From positions 90,001 to 122,000 of the forward strand of contig NC_017080.1 of assembly GCF_000284115.1 (NCBI RefSeq): a stretch of 32,000 bases of DNA, in the 5' to 3' direction. Every line of letters starts with the position of its first letter. Within the stretch, counting starts at the first letter, position 1. This document shows positions 23,233 through 31,724 of this stretch, one piece after another. This DNA comes from Phycisphaera mikurensis NBRC 102666. Lineage in GTDB: Bacteria > Planctomycetota > Phycisphaerae > Phycisphaerales > Phycisphaeraceae. The position numbers and the translations under genes are program-made. A model generated the notes under the pieces. The model saw only the letters and a list, made by a program, of their open reading frames with translations, made no database searches and was not told where the DNA came from.

Positions 23233-24249
23233 CTAGGCCGCGCCGTGCGGGTCCCGCTTGCGGCGCTCGCCGAGGCGCCGCTCCAGGCCGGCGAAGTCCG
23301 CGGCGTCGATGCGGCGGCGGTCGGTGGAGCGGAGCGGCGGCGGCGTGCCGCGGACCGGCCCCGCGGCGGGGCACGCGGCGGCGACGGCGGCCAGCGTGGG
23401 CCGCGGGTCGCGGCAGAACGCTTCGTAGCCGACGCGGACCACCCGGGCCGGCTCGACCGCGTCCGCCTGCTCACGGATCCGCCGCTGGAAGGCGCGGACC
23501 TGGTTGCACACGGCCTCCACCGCGCCGTTCTCGACCCCGGGCTCGGCGTCCTCGGCGAGCAGTCCCCAGCCGTGCTGCGCGTCGCCCTGCACCAGCGCCC
23601 GCGCCTCCAGCAGGGACTGCGCCACGAAGACCGGGTCGCGTTCGACCGCCACGAAGACCGCGCCCGGCAGCGCCTCCGCGAGGGCCTCGATCGCCAGGGC
23701 GTTGCGGTTGTTCTTGTTGAGCAGCGGGCGGCCGAAGGCCGCGTTCCAGGCGGAGACGAAGGCCCGGAGCTCCTCGATCGCTTCCCCGCGCAGCGGCGTG
23801 GGCTCGCCGCGGACGCCGCCGAACCAGCGGTCCCAGACGGCGAAGGCGTCGTTGGGCCCCCCGGGCCCGCGCACGCTGCCAAAGAAGCTCCGCGTCGAGG
23901 GCACCGGCTCGCGCTGCCAGCGGGGGACCAGCCGGCCCGCGGAAATCGGCGACCGGGGGAAAGCGCCGGTCCAGTTGCTCGTGTAGCTGACCCGCAGGTG
24001 CGCCGCGAGCAGCTGGTAGACGAGCGTCGTCCCGCTGCGGGGCCCGCCGACCACGAGCACGCAGGGGGCGGAGCCATCGGGGGCCTCGCCGCCGAGCCGC
24101 CGCCGCTCCGCGGCGGCCAGCAACGCGTCCAGCGGGCGGACGGCCACGCCCAGCGCCTCGCGCAGCAGCACCGACCTCGCCGTGGGGTCCGGCGAGCGGA
24201 GCATCCGCCACGCCAAGCCCAGCGGATCGCGGAAGTTCGGCTCGACCAT
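23233..24249 (-). CDS. Sulfotransferase family protein
   Basis: Track ORF 23233..24387 trimmed to the ATG (CAT 24247-24249). VLVVGGPRSGTTLVYQLL is the PAPS 5'-phosphosulfate-binding loop (PxSGTT), and the size (338 aa) fits. Confidence 0.72.
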   Translation of the reverse strand: MVEPNFRDPLGLAWRMLRSPDPTARSVLLREALGVAVRPLDALLAAAERRRLGGEAPDGSAPCVLVVGGPRSGTTLVYQLLAAHLRVSYTSNWTGAFPRSPISAGRLVPRWQREPVPSTRSFFGSVRGPGGPNDAFAVWDRWFGGVRGEPTPLRGEAIEELRAFVSAWNAAFGRPLLNKNNRNALAIEALAEALPGAVFVAVERDPVFVAQSLLEARALVQGDAQHGWGLLAEDAEPGVENGAVEAVCNQVRAFQRRIREQADAVEPARVVRVGYEAFCRDPRPTLAAVAAACPAAGPVRGTPPPLRSTDRRRIDAADFAGLERRLGERRKRDPHGAA

Positions 24250-24392
24250 GGCTCTGCTCCCGGGCCGCGGCGGCGGCGGCGGGGGTTCTAGCAGGCCCGC
24301 CGCGGGCGACGCGTCCGCGGTGCCGCTTTGCTGCTCCCGCCGCCGCCGCCCTTCTGCCTCGCGGGCCGGGCCTCCCGTACCTTCCACGCATC

Positions 24393-25817
24393 ATGAGGTA
24401 CGTGTCCACCCGGGGCGAAGCCGCCGAGCTCGAGTTTGAGGACGTGCTGCTCGAGGGGCTCGCGCGGGACGGCGGGCTCTACGTGCCCGACGCGTGGCCG
24501 ACGCTGGGCGAGGCCCGCCGGCGCGAGCTCGCGACGCGGCCCTACGCACGCGTCGCCGCCGAGGTCATGTGGCCCTTCCTCTCGGGCAACCTCGAGCGGG
24601 CCACCTTCGAGGGCATCGTCGATGCGGCCTATGCCGGCTTCCGGCACGAAGCCGTCGCGCCGCTGGTGCAGCTGGCCCCGAACCTCTGGGTGATGGAGCT
24701 GTTCCACGGGCCGACGCTGGCGTTCAAGGACGTCGCGATGCAGGTGCTCGGCCGGCTCTTCGATCACGTCCTCGCGGCGCGCGGCGACCGGATGACGATC
24801 GTCGGCGCGACCTCGGGCGACACCGGCTCGGCGGCCATCGAGGCCTTCCGCGACCGCGAGAACTGCGACATCTTCATCCTGCACCCCAGGGGGCGGACCA
24901 GCGACGTCCAGCGCAAGCAGATGACGACGGTGAACGCCGCGAACGTGCACAACGTTGCGATCGAGGGCACCTTCGACGACTGCCAGGACCTCGTGAAAGC
25001 GATGTTCAACGACGCGGCCTTCCGCGACGGCGTGCGGATGAGCGGCGTCAACAGCATCAACTGGGCCCGGGTGATGCCCCAGTCGGTCTACTACGTGACC
25101 GCCGCGGCGCAGCTGGGCTGCTTCACCGACCGCCGGCCGGTCCGCTTCAGCGTGCCCACGGGCAACTTCGGCGACGTGTACGCGGGCTACATCGCGGCGC
25201 GGATGGGCGTGCCGGCCAGCCGCCTGGTCGTCGCGAGCAACCGCAACGACATCCTCACCCGCGTGCTGCGCGACGGCGACCACTCCCGCGGCGAGGTCCA
25301 CGCGACGGTGAGCCCGTCGATGGACATCCAGTCCAGCAGCAACTTCGAGCGGCTGCTGCTGGACATGGAAGCCGGCGACACCGCGAAGGTCGCCCGGCTG
25401 ATGAAGCAGTGGAAGCAGACCGGCGCCTTCACGGTCGACGCGACGGCCCGGGCCCGCCTCGCCGGCCGCTTCACCGGCCACCGCGTGGACGAGGAGAAGA
25501 CCCTCGACACGATCCGGAGCGTCTACGCCGACACCGGCTATCTGCTCGACCCCCACACGGCCGTCGGCCACGCGGCGGCCCTCGCCGAGGCCGCGCCCGA
25601 GCACGCGGAGTTCGGCGGCATCGCGCTGCCGACGGTCGTGCTCGCGACGGCCCACCCCGCGAAGTTTCCCGACGCGGTGGAAAAAGCCTGCGGTGTGCGG
25701 CCGCCGCTGCCGGGCTTCCTCGCGGACCTGTACGAACGGGAGGAGCGGTTCGACACGCTGGAGAACGAGCTATCCGTGGTTCAGGCGTACATCCGGGAGA
25801 GGACGCGGGCGGCTTAG
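24393..25817 (+). CDS. thrC: Threonine synthase
   Basis: MRYVSTRG...LEGLARDGGLYVP N-terminus, the PLP-lysine motif GPTLAFKD, GATSGDTGSAA, and a full-length 474 aa. Confidence 0.95.
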   Translation: MRYVSTRGEAAELEFEDVLLEGLARDGGLYVPDAWPTLGEARRRELATRPYARVAAEVMWPFLSGNLERATFEGIVDAAYAGFRHEAVAPLVQLAPNLWVMELFHGPTLAFKDVAMQVLGRLFDHVLAARGDRMTIVGATSGDTGSAAIEAFRDRENCDIFILHPRGRTSDVQRKQMTTVNAANVHNVAIEGTFDDCQDLVKAMFNDAAFRDGVRMSGVNSINWARVMPQSVYYVTAAAQLGCFTDRRPVRFSVPTGNFGDVYAGYIAARMGVPASRLVVASNRNDILTRVLRDGDHSRGEVHATVSPSMDIQSSSNFERLLLDMEAGDTAKVARLMKQWKQTGAFTVDATARARLAGRFTGHRVDEEKTLDTIRSVYADTGYLLDPHTAVGHAAALAEAAPEHAEFGGIALPTVVLATAHPAKFPDAVEKACGVRPPLPGFLADLYEREERFDTLENELSVVQAYIRERTRAA

Positions 25818-25970
25818 AGGCTGTTTCAGAACCTGCTGGGCTTCGCCACCCGTGGCCGCCCGCTGCCCGCGTCGGGCTCCGAACGGGGGGACTGCCCCCC
25901 GCTCTCACCCTCCTTGGCAGCGAACAGCCACGGGCGACTCGGGCGTGCAGCCGGTTCTGAAACAGCCTCT
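25816..25970. other. Extended imperfect hairpin (~154 nt) in the thrC/glcG-like convergent junction; possible bidirectional terminator, MITE-like element or structured RNA
   Basis: 18-bp perfect terminal stem (25816-25833 AGAGGCTGTTTCAGAACC / 25953-25970). Further paired blocks are GCTG/CAGC, CCCGTGGC/GCCACGGG (25849-56 / 25927-34) and CGCTGCC/GGCAGCG (25861-67 / 25916-22). The apical hairpin is CGGGGGG-actg-CCCCCCG (25884-25901). Confidence 0.7.
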
Positions 25971-25976
25971 TCGCCG

Positions 25977-26030
25977 GTCGCGTCCGGGTCCGCCGGCACC
26001 CGGCTCCCGCGGCGGACCCGGACGCGCGAC
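25977..26030 (-). terminator. GC-rich hairpin 3 nt downstream of the glcG-like stop (17-19 bp stem, 14-nt loop); terminator-like, no U-tract
   Basis: GTCGCGTCCGGGTCCGCCG (25977-25995) pairs with CGGCGGACCCGGACGCGCGAC (26010-26030), with a 2-nt bulge. Confidence 0.4.
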
Positions 26031-26032
26031 GC

Positions 26033-26584
26033 TCAGCCGCCGTCTTCCGGCTGCTCGGGCTGCACGGCACCCAGGCCGGCCATCGCCACCTCGTGGTCGT
26101 CCTCGACGGTCGAGCCCGAGACGCCGATCGCGCCGATGACCGCGCCGTCGGCGTTGCGGATCGGCACGCCGCCGGGGAAGGTGATCAGGCCGCCGTTGGA
26201 GCTCTCGATCTCGTAGAGCGGGCCGCCGGGCTGCGAGAGCTCGCCGATGTCGCCGGTGGGCATGTCGAAGAAGCGGGCGGTCTTGGCCTTCCGGACGGCG
26301 ATGTCGGTGCTGCCCAGCCACGCGCCGTCCATGCGGGCGAAGGCGACGAGGTTGGCGCCGGCGTCGACCACGGCGATGTTCATCTTGACGCCCATCTGCT
26401 CGCACTTCTCGATCGCCGCCTTCACGGCGACGTAGGCGGTGGCGAGGTCGAGCGTGCCGACGCTGGCGGCGGCGAGCGGCGGGTCGCCGGCTTCGCGGTG
26501 GTGGTCCGCGAGGGCGGGGGCCGCGGGGGCGGCGAAGGAGGCAGAGGCGGCGAGGGCGGCGAGGAGCAGCAGGCGGGTGTTCAT
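26033..26584 (-). CDS. Exported GlcG/HbpS-like (DUF336, putative heme-binding) protein
   Basis: Signal peptide [29 protein letters not shown]336 core is [20 protein letters not shown]...AVRKAKTA...GGVPI...[20 protein letters not shown]. Confidence 0.85.
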   Translation of the reverse strand: MNTRLLLLAALAASASFAAPAAPALADHHREAGDPPLAAASVGTLDLATAYVAVKAAIEKCEQMGVKMNIAVVDAGANLVAFARMDGAWLGSTDIAVRKAKTARFFDMPTGDIGELSQPGGPLYEIESSNGGLITFPGGVPIRNADGAVIGAIGVSGSTVEDDHEVAMAGLGAVQPEQPEDGG

Positions 26585-26641
26585 AAGCGGAACCTAGCGG
26601 GGCCGCCGCGGCCGGCGCAGCGTTCGTAGGATGGTCGGGTC

Positions 26642-27826
26642 ATGGAAGCCGCACCCGATCCCCGCGAGGAGCACGCCGACGCGATCGCCGGCGGGCCCGC
26701 CCACCGCCGGGCGGCGGGGCTGAACCCCGGCAACCGCTTCGAGCGGACGCGGCGTCACGCCAGCGCCGACACGATGGAGAGCGACCGCCTCGCCGCCGAC
26801 CCGGCGGACGCGGCGAAGCCCCACCGCGTGCCGCTGACGGTGCTGCCCGACGCGACCCGGACGGTGCTCAACCGGGTCGTGCCCGTCAGCGACGTGCCCT
26901 TCGACTGGACGCTGAACCCCTACCGCGGCTGCGAGCACGGCTGCATCTACTGCTACGCCCGGCCGTACCACGAGTACCTCGGCTTCTCGGCGGGGCTGGA
27001 CTTCGAGACGAAGCTCGTCGCCAAGCACGACGCACCGGAGCTGCTCGCCCGCGAGCTGGCCTCGCCGCGGTGGAAGCCCGAGCCGATCGTGATGTCGGCG
27101 ATCACCGACGTGTACCAGCCGCTGGAGGCCCGGCTTGGCCTCACCCGCCGGTGCCTCGAGGTCCTCGCCGCGGCGCGGCAGCCGGTGGCGACGCTGACCA
27201 AGAGCCGCCTCGTGCTGCGCGACCTGGACCTGTGGCAGGAGCTCGCGTCCTGCGGCGCCGGCCGGGTCACCGTCACGCTGGTCACCCTCGACGACGACCT
27301 CGCCGGGCGGCTGGAACCGCGGGCGAGCCCGCCGGGGGGCCGGCTCCGGCTGATCCGCGAGCTCAGCGACGCGGGCGTCCGCGTGACGGTGAACGTGGCG
27401 CCGGTGATCCCCGGCCTCACCGACCACGAGGTGCCGGCCATCCTCGAGGCCGTCGCCGAGGCGGGCGCGACGTCGGTGGCCTGGTCGCTGCTGCGGCTGC
27501 CGCACCAGGTCAAGGCGCTCTTCCTGGACTGGCTCCGGCGGAGCGTGCACCCGTCGCGGGCGGGGCGCGTGGAGGCGGCGATCCGGGCGACGCAGGGCGG
27601 GAAGCTCTACGACAGCCGGCGGATGGGCCAGCGGGACGGGCGGGGCTCGCGCTACCGCGGCGAGGGGCCCGCCGCCGAGCAGGTCGCGCAGGTGTTCCGC
27701 GTGTTCATGAAGAAGCACCGGCTGGGCACGTGCGGGCGGCACGGCACCGACGCGCTGGCGGACCTCTCAGGCGGAGCCTTCCGCCGGCCGCAACGGCCCG
27801 GGTCGCAGCGTGGGCTCTTCGACTGA
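26642..27826 (+). CDS. Radical SAM protein (PA0069/SplB-like family)
   Basis: LNPYRGCEHGCIYCYARP is a CxxxCxxC cluster motif in the context typical of the PA0069 family. The N-terminal NPGNRFE motif is also present; 394 aa. Confidence 0.85.
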   Translation: MEAAPDPREEHADAIAGGPAHRRAAGLNPGNRFERTRRHASADTMESDRLAADPADAAKPHRVPLTVLPDATRTVLNRVVPVSDVPFDWTLNPYRGCEHGCIYCYARPYHEYLGFSAGLDFETKLVAKHDAPELLARELASPRWKPEPIVMSAITDVYQPLEARLGLTRRCLEVLAAARQPVATLTKSRLVLRDLDLWQELASCGAGRVTVTLVTLDDDLAGRLEPRASPPGGRLRLIRELSDAGVRVTVNVAPVIPGLTDHEVPAILEAVAEAGATSVAWSLLRLPHQVKALFLDWLRRSVHPSRAGRVEAAIRATQGGKLYDSRRMGQRDGRGSRYRGEGPAAEQVAQVFRVFMKKHRLGTCGRHGTDALADLSGGAFRRPQRPGSQRGLFD

Positions 27827-27887
27827 AGGACCATCGCCGGCGGCCGCCGGCCGCACCCGCGGCGGCCGCGGGGTCTACCTTCCTCCC

Positions 27888-28286
27888 ATGCGCAGCCCCC
27901 GCAACGCCGTCCTCCTCGCCACCCTCTGCGTCCCGCTGCTGCTCCCTTCCTCCGGCTGCGAGGTGATCAAGAGCAAAGTGCCGGGCATGAATCCCGCCGA
28001 GAAGCTCCCGCCGGCGGAGCTGCGGGTCGGCGGGGGCCGCCAGATCGACTTCCTGGCCCCGGGCCCGGGCACGCTGATGTACGCCAACGCGCACACCGGC
28101 GAGACGCTCAAGACGCAGTCGGTGGCGGCGGGCGAGCGGGTCACCTTCACGGTCGACCTCAGCAACCCCGACGACCCGCTGCTCTTCGGCGCCGACCCGA
28201 GCAGCTTCGAGGGCGTGCTGTACTTCCGGCCGGAGGGCTACGTCCCGCCGGCGGCGTCCGAGCCGGCGCCCGACGGGGCGATCTAA
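27888..28286 (+). CDS. Small putative lipoprotein / exported protein (132 aa)
   Basis: Track ORF 27810..28286 trimmed to ATG 27888. MRSPRNAVLLATLCVPLLLPSSGC is a signal peptide ending in Cys, though the lipobox is non-canonical. I recognise no family. Confidence 0.55.
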   Translation: MRSPRNAVLLATLCVPLLLPSSGCEVIKSKVPGMNPAEKLPPAELRVGGGRQIDFLAPGPGTLMYANAHTGETLKTQSVAAGERVTFTVDLSNPDDPLLFGADPSSFEGVLYFRPEGYVPPAASEPAPDGAI

Positions 28287-28305
28287 CGAGCGTCGGCGTC
28301 GGGGG

Positions 28306-28351
28306 CCGCGGACCGTCGGGCTCCGCGGCGGGATCGCGTCGCGGTCCGCGG
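28306..28351. terminator. Hairpin in the convergent junction (CCGCGGACCG ... CGGTCCGCGG, 10-bp stem, 26-nt loop)
   Basis: Read directly from the sequence. It lies between the lipoprotein stop (28286) and the beta-helix gene stop (28367). Confidence 0.3.
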
Positions 28352-28366
28352 GTCGCGGAGACGGGA

Positions 28367-29731
28367 TCAGCGCGCGGCCGCGGCGGCGTACGCCCCGAGG
28401 TCGGGGGGCACGCCGGGCTCGCGTGGCACGCCGGCCGCGTCGACCGGGAAGCTCGCGTCGGGGTCGCCCGCGCCGATCGCCGGGGAGCCCGGTGCGAGCC
28501 GGAAGGCGTCGGCGCCCGCGGTGGCGGCGAAGCCGGGGTCGCCCGACGCCGCCGGATCCAGCTCGAAGTCGGCTTCCCCTCCGCCGCTCACGAGGTTGGC
28601 GCCGATGTCCGCGCGCTCGGTGCTGTAGCCGCCGACGGGCTTCTTGCCCGGCAGCGGGACGATCACGTTGTTGCGCACGCGGACGCGGTCGGTCCGGCCC
28701 AGCTCGACCTCGCTGCCGATGTTCTCGCGGGTCGCGTTGCCGACCAGCGTGTTGTGCAGCACGTCGGCGTTGGCGGTCTCGAAGACGTTCACGCCGCGGC
28801 CGCCGTTGCCGGAGCAGACGTTGTTCACGACCAAGAAACGCCCGCGGTAGCCCGGGTACCCGGCGCTGCCGGCGCCCGGGGTCCTCTCGTTGGCGTCGAG
28901 GATGATCCCGTTGCCGTCGCTGTAGGCCTCCATGATCCAGAAGGGCACGCGGTTGTCGTTGCCACGGAGGACGTTGTCGCGGACGACCATCTTGTACGAA
29001 CGCCGGTCGCCGTTGGCGTCGACGCTGCGCCACATCGAGATGCCGCTCTCGCCCCAGGGCGAGTAGAAGCCGCAGCCGGACACCTCGTTGCCCTGCACCA
29101 GCACCGAGTCGCTGCGGGCGGTGGCGATGCCGCTGCCCGGCGCGTCGCGGATGCGGTTGTTGCGGAGGATCACGTGGTGGGGGTTCTCGTCGGGCCCGTC
29201 GCCCAGGCGGATGCCGACGCCGAAGTAGCGGTGCTCGCCGTAGTCGTCGCCCTCGAAGGCCAGGGCGTGGGCGAGCGCGGCCGCGGGGTCGAGCTCGGCG
29301 GCCACGCCGACGATCTCCAGGCCCTCGATCAGCACGTACGCGGCGTCGGCCACGCGGATGCCGCGCAGCCCGTCGAAGCGGATCACCGCCGTCTCTCCAG
29401 GGAAGCTCGCGAAGCGCACCCACGCCCGGCGGTTGCCCCCGCGGGCGATCTCGATCACCGGCGCGGGCCCGTCGTTGGTGTACTCGCCGGCGCGGAGCAG
29501 CACGGTGTCGCCGGGCTCGACGCGGTCGGCCGCGGCCTGCGGCGTCCGCATCGGCCGGTCCTCGGTGCCGGGGTGGCGGTCGTCGCCGTCGGGGCTGACG
29601 ACGAAGGTGCGGCCGCCGAGGCCGGTTTCGGCGATGTCGTAGCCGAGCTCCGCGGGGCCGAGCTCCGCGGAGGCGGCCGCGGGGAGGAGCAGCAGGGCAA
29701 GCGTGCAGAAGAAGGCCAAGCGGGTACGCAT
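28367..29731 (-). CDS. Secreted right-handed parallel beta-helix repeat protein (pectate-lyase-fold, possible glycan-active enzyme)
   Basis: Track ORF 28367..30046 trimmed to the ATG (CAT 29729-29731), giving the signal peptide MRTRLAFFCTLALLLLPAAASA. Also has DGDDRHPGT...PGDTVLLRAGEY and repeated xNNxIxxN-type beta-helix turns (ILRNNRI, VQGNEVS, VVRDNVL, VVNNVCS, VLHNTLV, RVRNNVI). Confidence 0.8.
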   Translation of the reverse strand: MRTRLAFFCTLALLLLPAAASAELGPAELGYDIAETGLGGRTFVVSPDGDDRHPGTEDRPMRTPQAAADRVEPGDTVLLRAGEYTNDGPAPVIEIARGGNRRAWVRFASFPGETAVIRFDGLRGIRVADAAYVLIEGLEIVGVAAELDPAAALAHALAFEGDDYGEHRYFGVGIRLGDGPDENPHHVILRNNRIRDAPGSGIATARSDSVLVQGNEVSGCGFYSPWGESGISMWRSVDANGDRRSYKMVVRDNVLRGNDNRVPFWIMEAYSDGNGIILDANERTPGAGSAGYPGYRGRFLVVNNVCSGNGGRGVNVFETANADVLHNTLVGNATRENIGSEVELGRTDRVRVRNNVIVPLPGKKPVGGYSTERADIGANLVSGGGEADFELDPAASGDPGFAATAGADAFRLAPGSPAIGAGDPDASFPVDAAGVPREPGVPPDLGAYAAAAAR

Positions 29732-29872
29732 CGGGATTCCCAGAAGGACCAGGGGGAGCGTCGACCCGGAACCGGCTCGAGAAATTAGGGTGTCGCGACC
29801 GATCGCGTCCGGTTGCGTCCGCGCGTCGCCGCCTGCCTCGCCTCTCGCTCTCCCTCTCCCGGAAGCAACGCC

Positions 29873-30271
29873 ATGGATTCGCACGACAGCCACCCCCCCA
29901 CGCCCGACGCTCCGCACGCCGACCCCGACGCCGGCACGCCCGCGCTGACCGCCGACGACACGAACCTGGGCATGCTCGCCCACCTCCTCGGCGCCTTCAC
30001 CGGCTTCGTCGGGCCGCTGATCATCTGGGCGGTCAAGAAGGACCAATCCGTCTTCATCGCCACCGAGAGCCGCGAAGCGCTCAACTTCCAGATCACGATC
30101 GTGCTGGGGTTTCTGGTCCTCGGCGTCGCGACGTGCCTGACCTTCGGCCTCGCGGGGGTGCTCTTCCCGCTGCTGTTGATCTACTCGCTGGTGTTCTCGA
30201 TCATCGCGGCGCTCAAAGCCAAGGACGGGGTCCCCTACCGGTACCCGCTGACGATCCGGCTGGTGAAGTGA
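29873..30271 (+). CDS. DUF4870-like small membrane protein
   Basis: Track ORF 29813..30271 trimmed to ATG 29873. MLAHLLGAFTGFVGPLIIW..KD.S.F....REALNFQIT..L followed by 2 more TM helices is the pattern I recall for DUF4870. Confidence 0.68.
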   Translation: MDSHDSHPPTPDAPHADPDAGTPALTADDTNLGMLAHLLGAFTGFVGPLIIWAVKKDQSVFIATESREALNFQITIVLGFLVLGVATCLTFGLAGVLFPLLLIYSLVFSIIAALKAKDGVPYRYPLTIRLVK

Positions 30272-30374
30272 GGCGGCGCCGGGGGCTCAAGGAGCCGGCG
30301 GCCCCCTCCCGTGCCGGCCGCGGACGGGTTGCCGACGCCCGGAGAGCCGGCCCGGCCCTCCCTACGCTGCACGC

Positions 30375-31481
30375 ATGAGCGAACAGCCTCCCGTCGAGAA
30401 GGTCGTGATCATCGGCTCGGGCCCCGCCGGGTGGACGGCGGCGATCTACGCGGCGCGGGCCGACCTCAAGCCGCTGGTGTTTCCGGGCCGCGCGGCGAAG
30501 GGGCTCAACCCCGGCGGGCAGCTGATGCTCACCTCCGACGTCGAGAATTACCCGGGCTACCCCGACGGCCGGACGGGCCCGGAGATGATGCACGACTTCT
30601 TCCACCAGGCGATGCGCTTCGGCACGCGCGTGGTCACCGACGACGGGCCCAAGGACGCCGACGCGCTGGCGCAGGACACGCTGTACCAGCTGTTCCAGGA
30701 CGTCGCGGAGGTGGACCTCGCGTCGCGGCCGTTCCGCGTGCGCGGCGACCGCGGGCACGAGGTGCTCGCCGAGACGGTCATCATCGCGACCGGGGCGAAG
30801 GCCAACTGGCTGGGCCTCGAGAACGAGAAGCGGCTGGCGGAGTCCGGCGGCGGCGTCTCCGCCTGTGCCGTGTGCGACGGCGCGCTGCCGATGTTCCGCG
30901 ACCAGCCGCTGGGGGTCGTCGGCGGCGGCGACACCGCCTGCGAGGAGGCCACCTACCTGGCGAAGTTCGCCAGCGAGGTCCACCTCTTCGTGCGGCGCGA
31001 CGAGCTGCGGGCGAGCCGGGTGATGGCGGATCGTGTCACGGGCCACGAGAAGATCCGCATCCACTGGAACACCGAGGTGACCGACGTCGCCGGCGACCAG
31101 AAGGTCACCGGCGTCGACACGATCAACAACGCGACCGGAGAGGCCGGCCACCGGGAGCTCAAGGGCCTGTTCCTGGCGATCGGCCACACGCCGATCACCG
31201 GCTTCCTCCGGGGGCAGCTCCCCGCGGACGAGGCGGGTTACCTCCGCGTGAAGGACCCCGGCCGCAGCACCACCGAGGTCGACGGCGTCTTCGTCTGCGG
31301 CGACGTCGCGGACCACGTGTACCGCCAGGCGATCACGGCGGCGGGCATGGGCTGCAAGGCGGCGATGGATGCCGAGCGCTTCCTCTCCGAGCACGGCGAG
31401 GCGCCCGAGGGCATCGGCTCGCCGGAGGCGCAGTGGGCGGGCGCGACCGCCGAGGCGGGCACCGAAACCGTCCGCGGCTGA
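30375..31481 (+). CDS. trxB: Thioredoxin-disulfide reductase
   Basis: FAD motif VVIIGSGPAGWTAAIYAAR, redox-active SACAVCDG, NADPH motif VVGGGDTACEEATYL, and GVFVCGDV. It carries a ~25-aa C-terminal tail beyond the usual end. Confidence 0.93.
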   Translation: MSEQPPVEKVVIIGSGPAGWTAAIYAARADLKPLVFPGRAAKGLNPGGQLMLTSDVENYPGYPDGRTGPEMMHDFFHQAMRFGTRVVTDDGPKDADALAQDTLYQLFQDVAEVDLASRPFRVRGDRGHEVLAETVIIATGAKANWLGLENEKRLAESGGGVSACAVCDGALPMFRDQPLGVVGGGDTACEEATYLAKFASEVHLFVRRDELRASRVMADRVTGHEKIRIHWNTEVTDVAGDQKVTGVDTINNATGEAGHRELKGLFLAIGHTPITGFLRGQLPADEAGYLRVKDPGRSTTEVDGVFVCGDVADHVYRQAITAAGMGCKAAMDAERFLSEHGEAPEGIGSPEAQWAGATAEAGTETVRG

Positions 31482-31550
31482 GGCCGCGGACCGTGCGGCC
31501 GGGGCGGCCTCTCGAGCGGCGGTCCGCGGCCCCGTGCGGCTTCCCGCGGT

Positions 31551-31719
31551 TTCTCGGGCGGCCGATGCCCGGGTGCCACGCCCGCTTGCGGAGTGGGGTG
31601 TCCGCGGGACACGCGGCCGATGCGGGCCTCCGCCGGCGTCGCCTCCGGCGATCACCACCCCGCGAGCGGCGTGGCACCCGGGCCGGTGCATCGACGGGAG
31701 CCGGTGGGTTTCTCGAAAT
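31551..31719. repeat. Palindromic intergenic element, copy B (~169 bp, best-preserved copy), 70 nt after the trxB stop
   Basis: Arms 31571-31600 / 31653-31679 (GGGTGCCACGCC pairs perfectly with GGCGTGGCACCC, and the stem continues through GCTTGCGG/CCGCGAGC). The outer extension is CGATGC.../...GCATCG. The 52-nt core (31601-31652) holds two small palindromes. The 9-nt GGTTTCTCG occurs at 31548-31556 and again at 31707-31715. Confidence 0.8.
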
Positions 31720-31724
31720 GCGGA

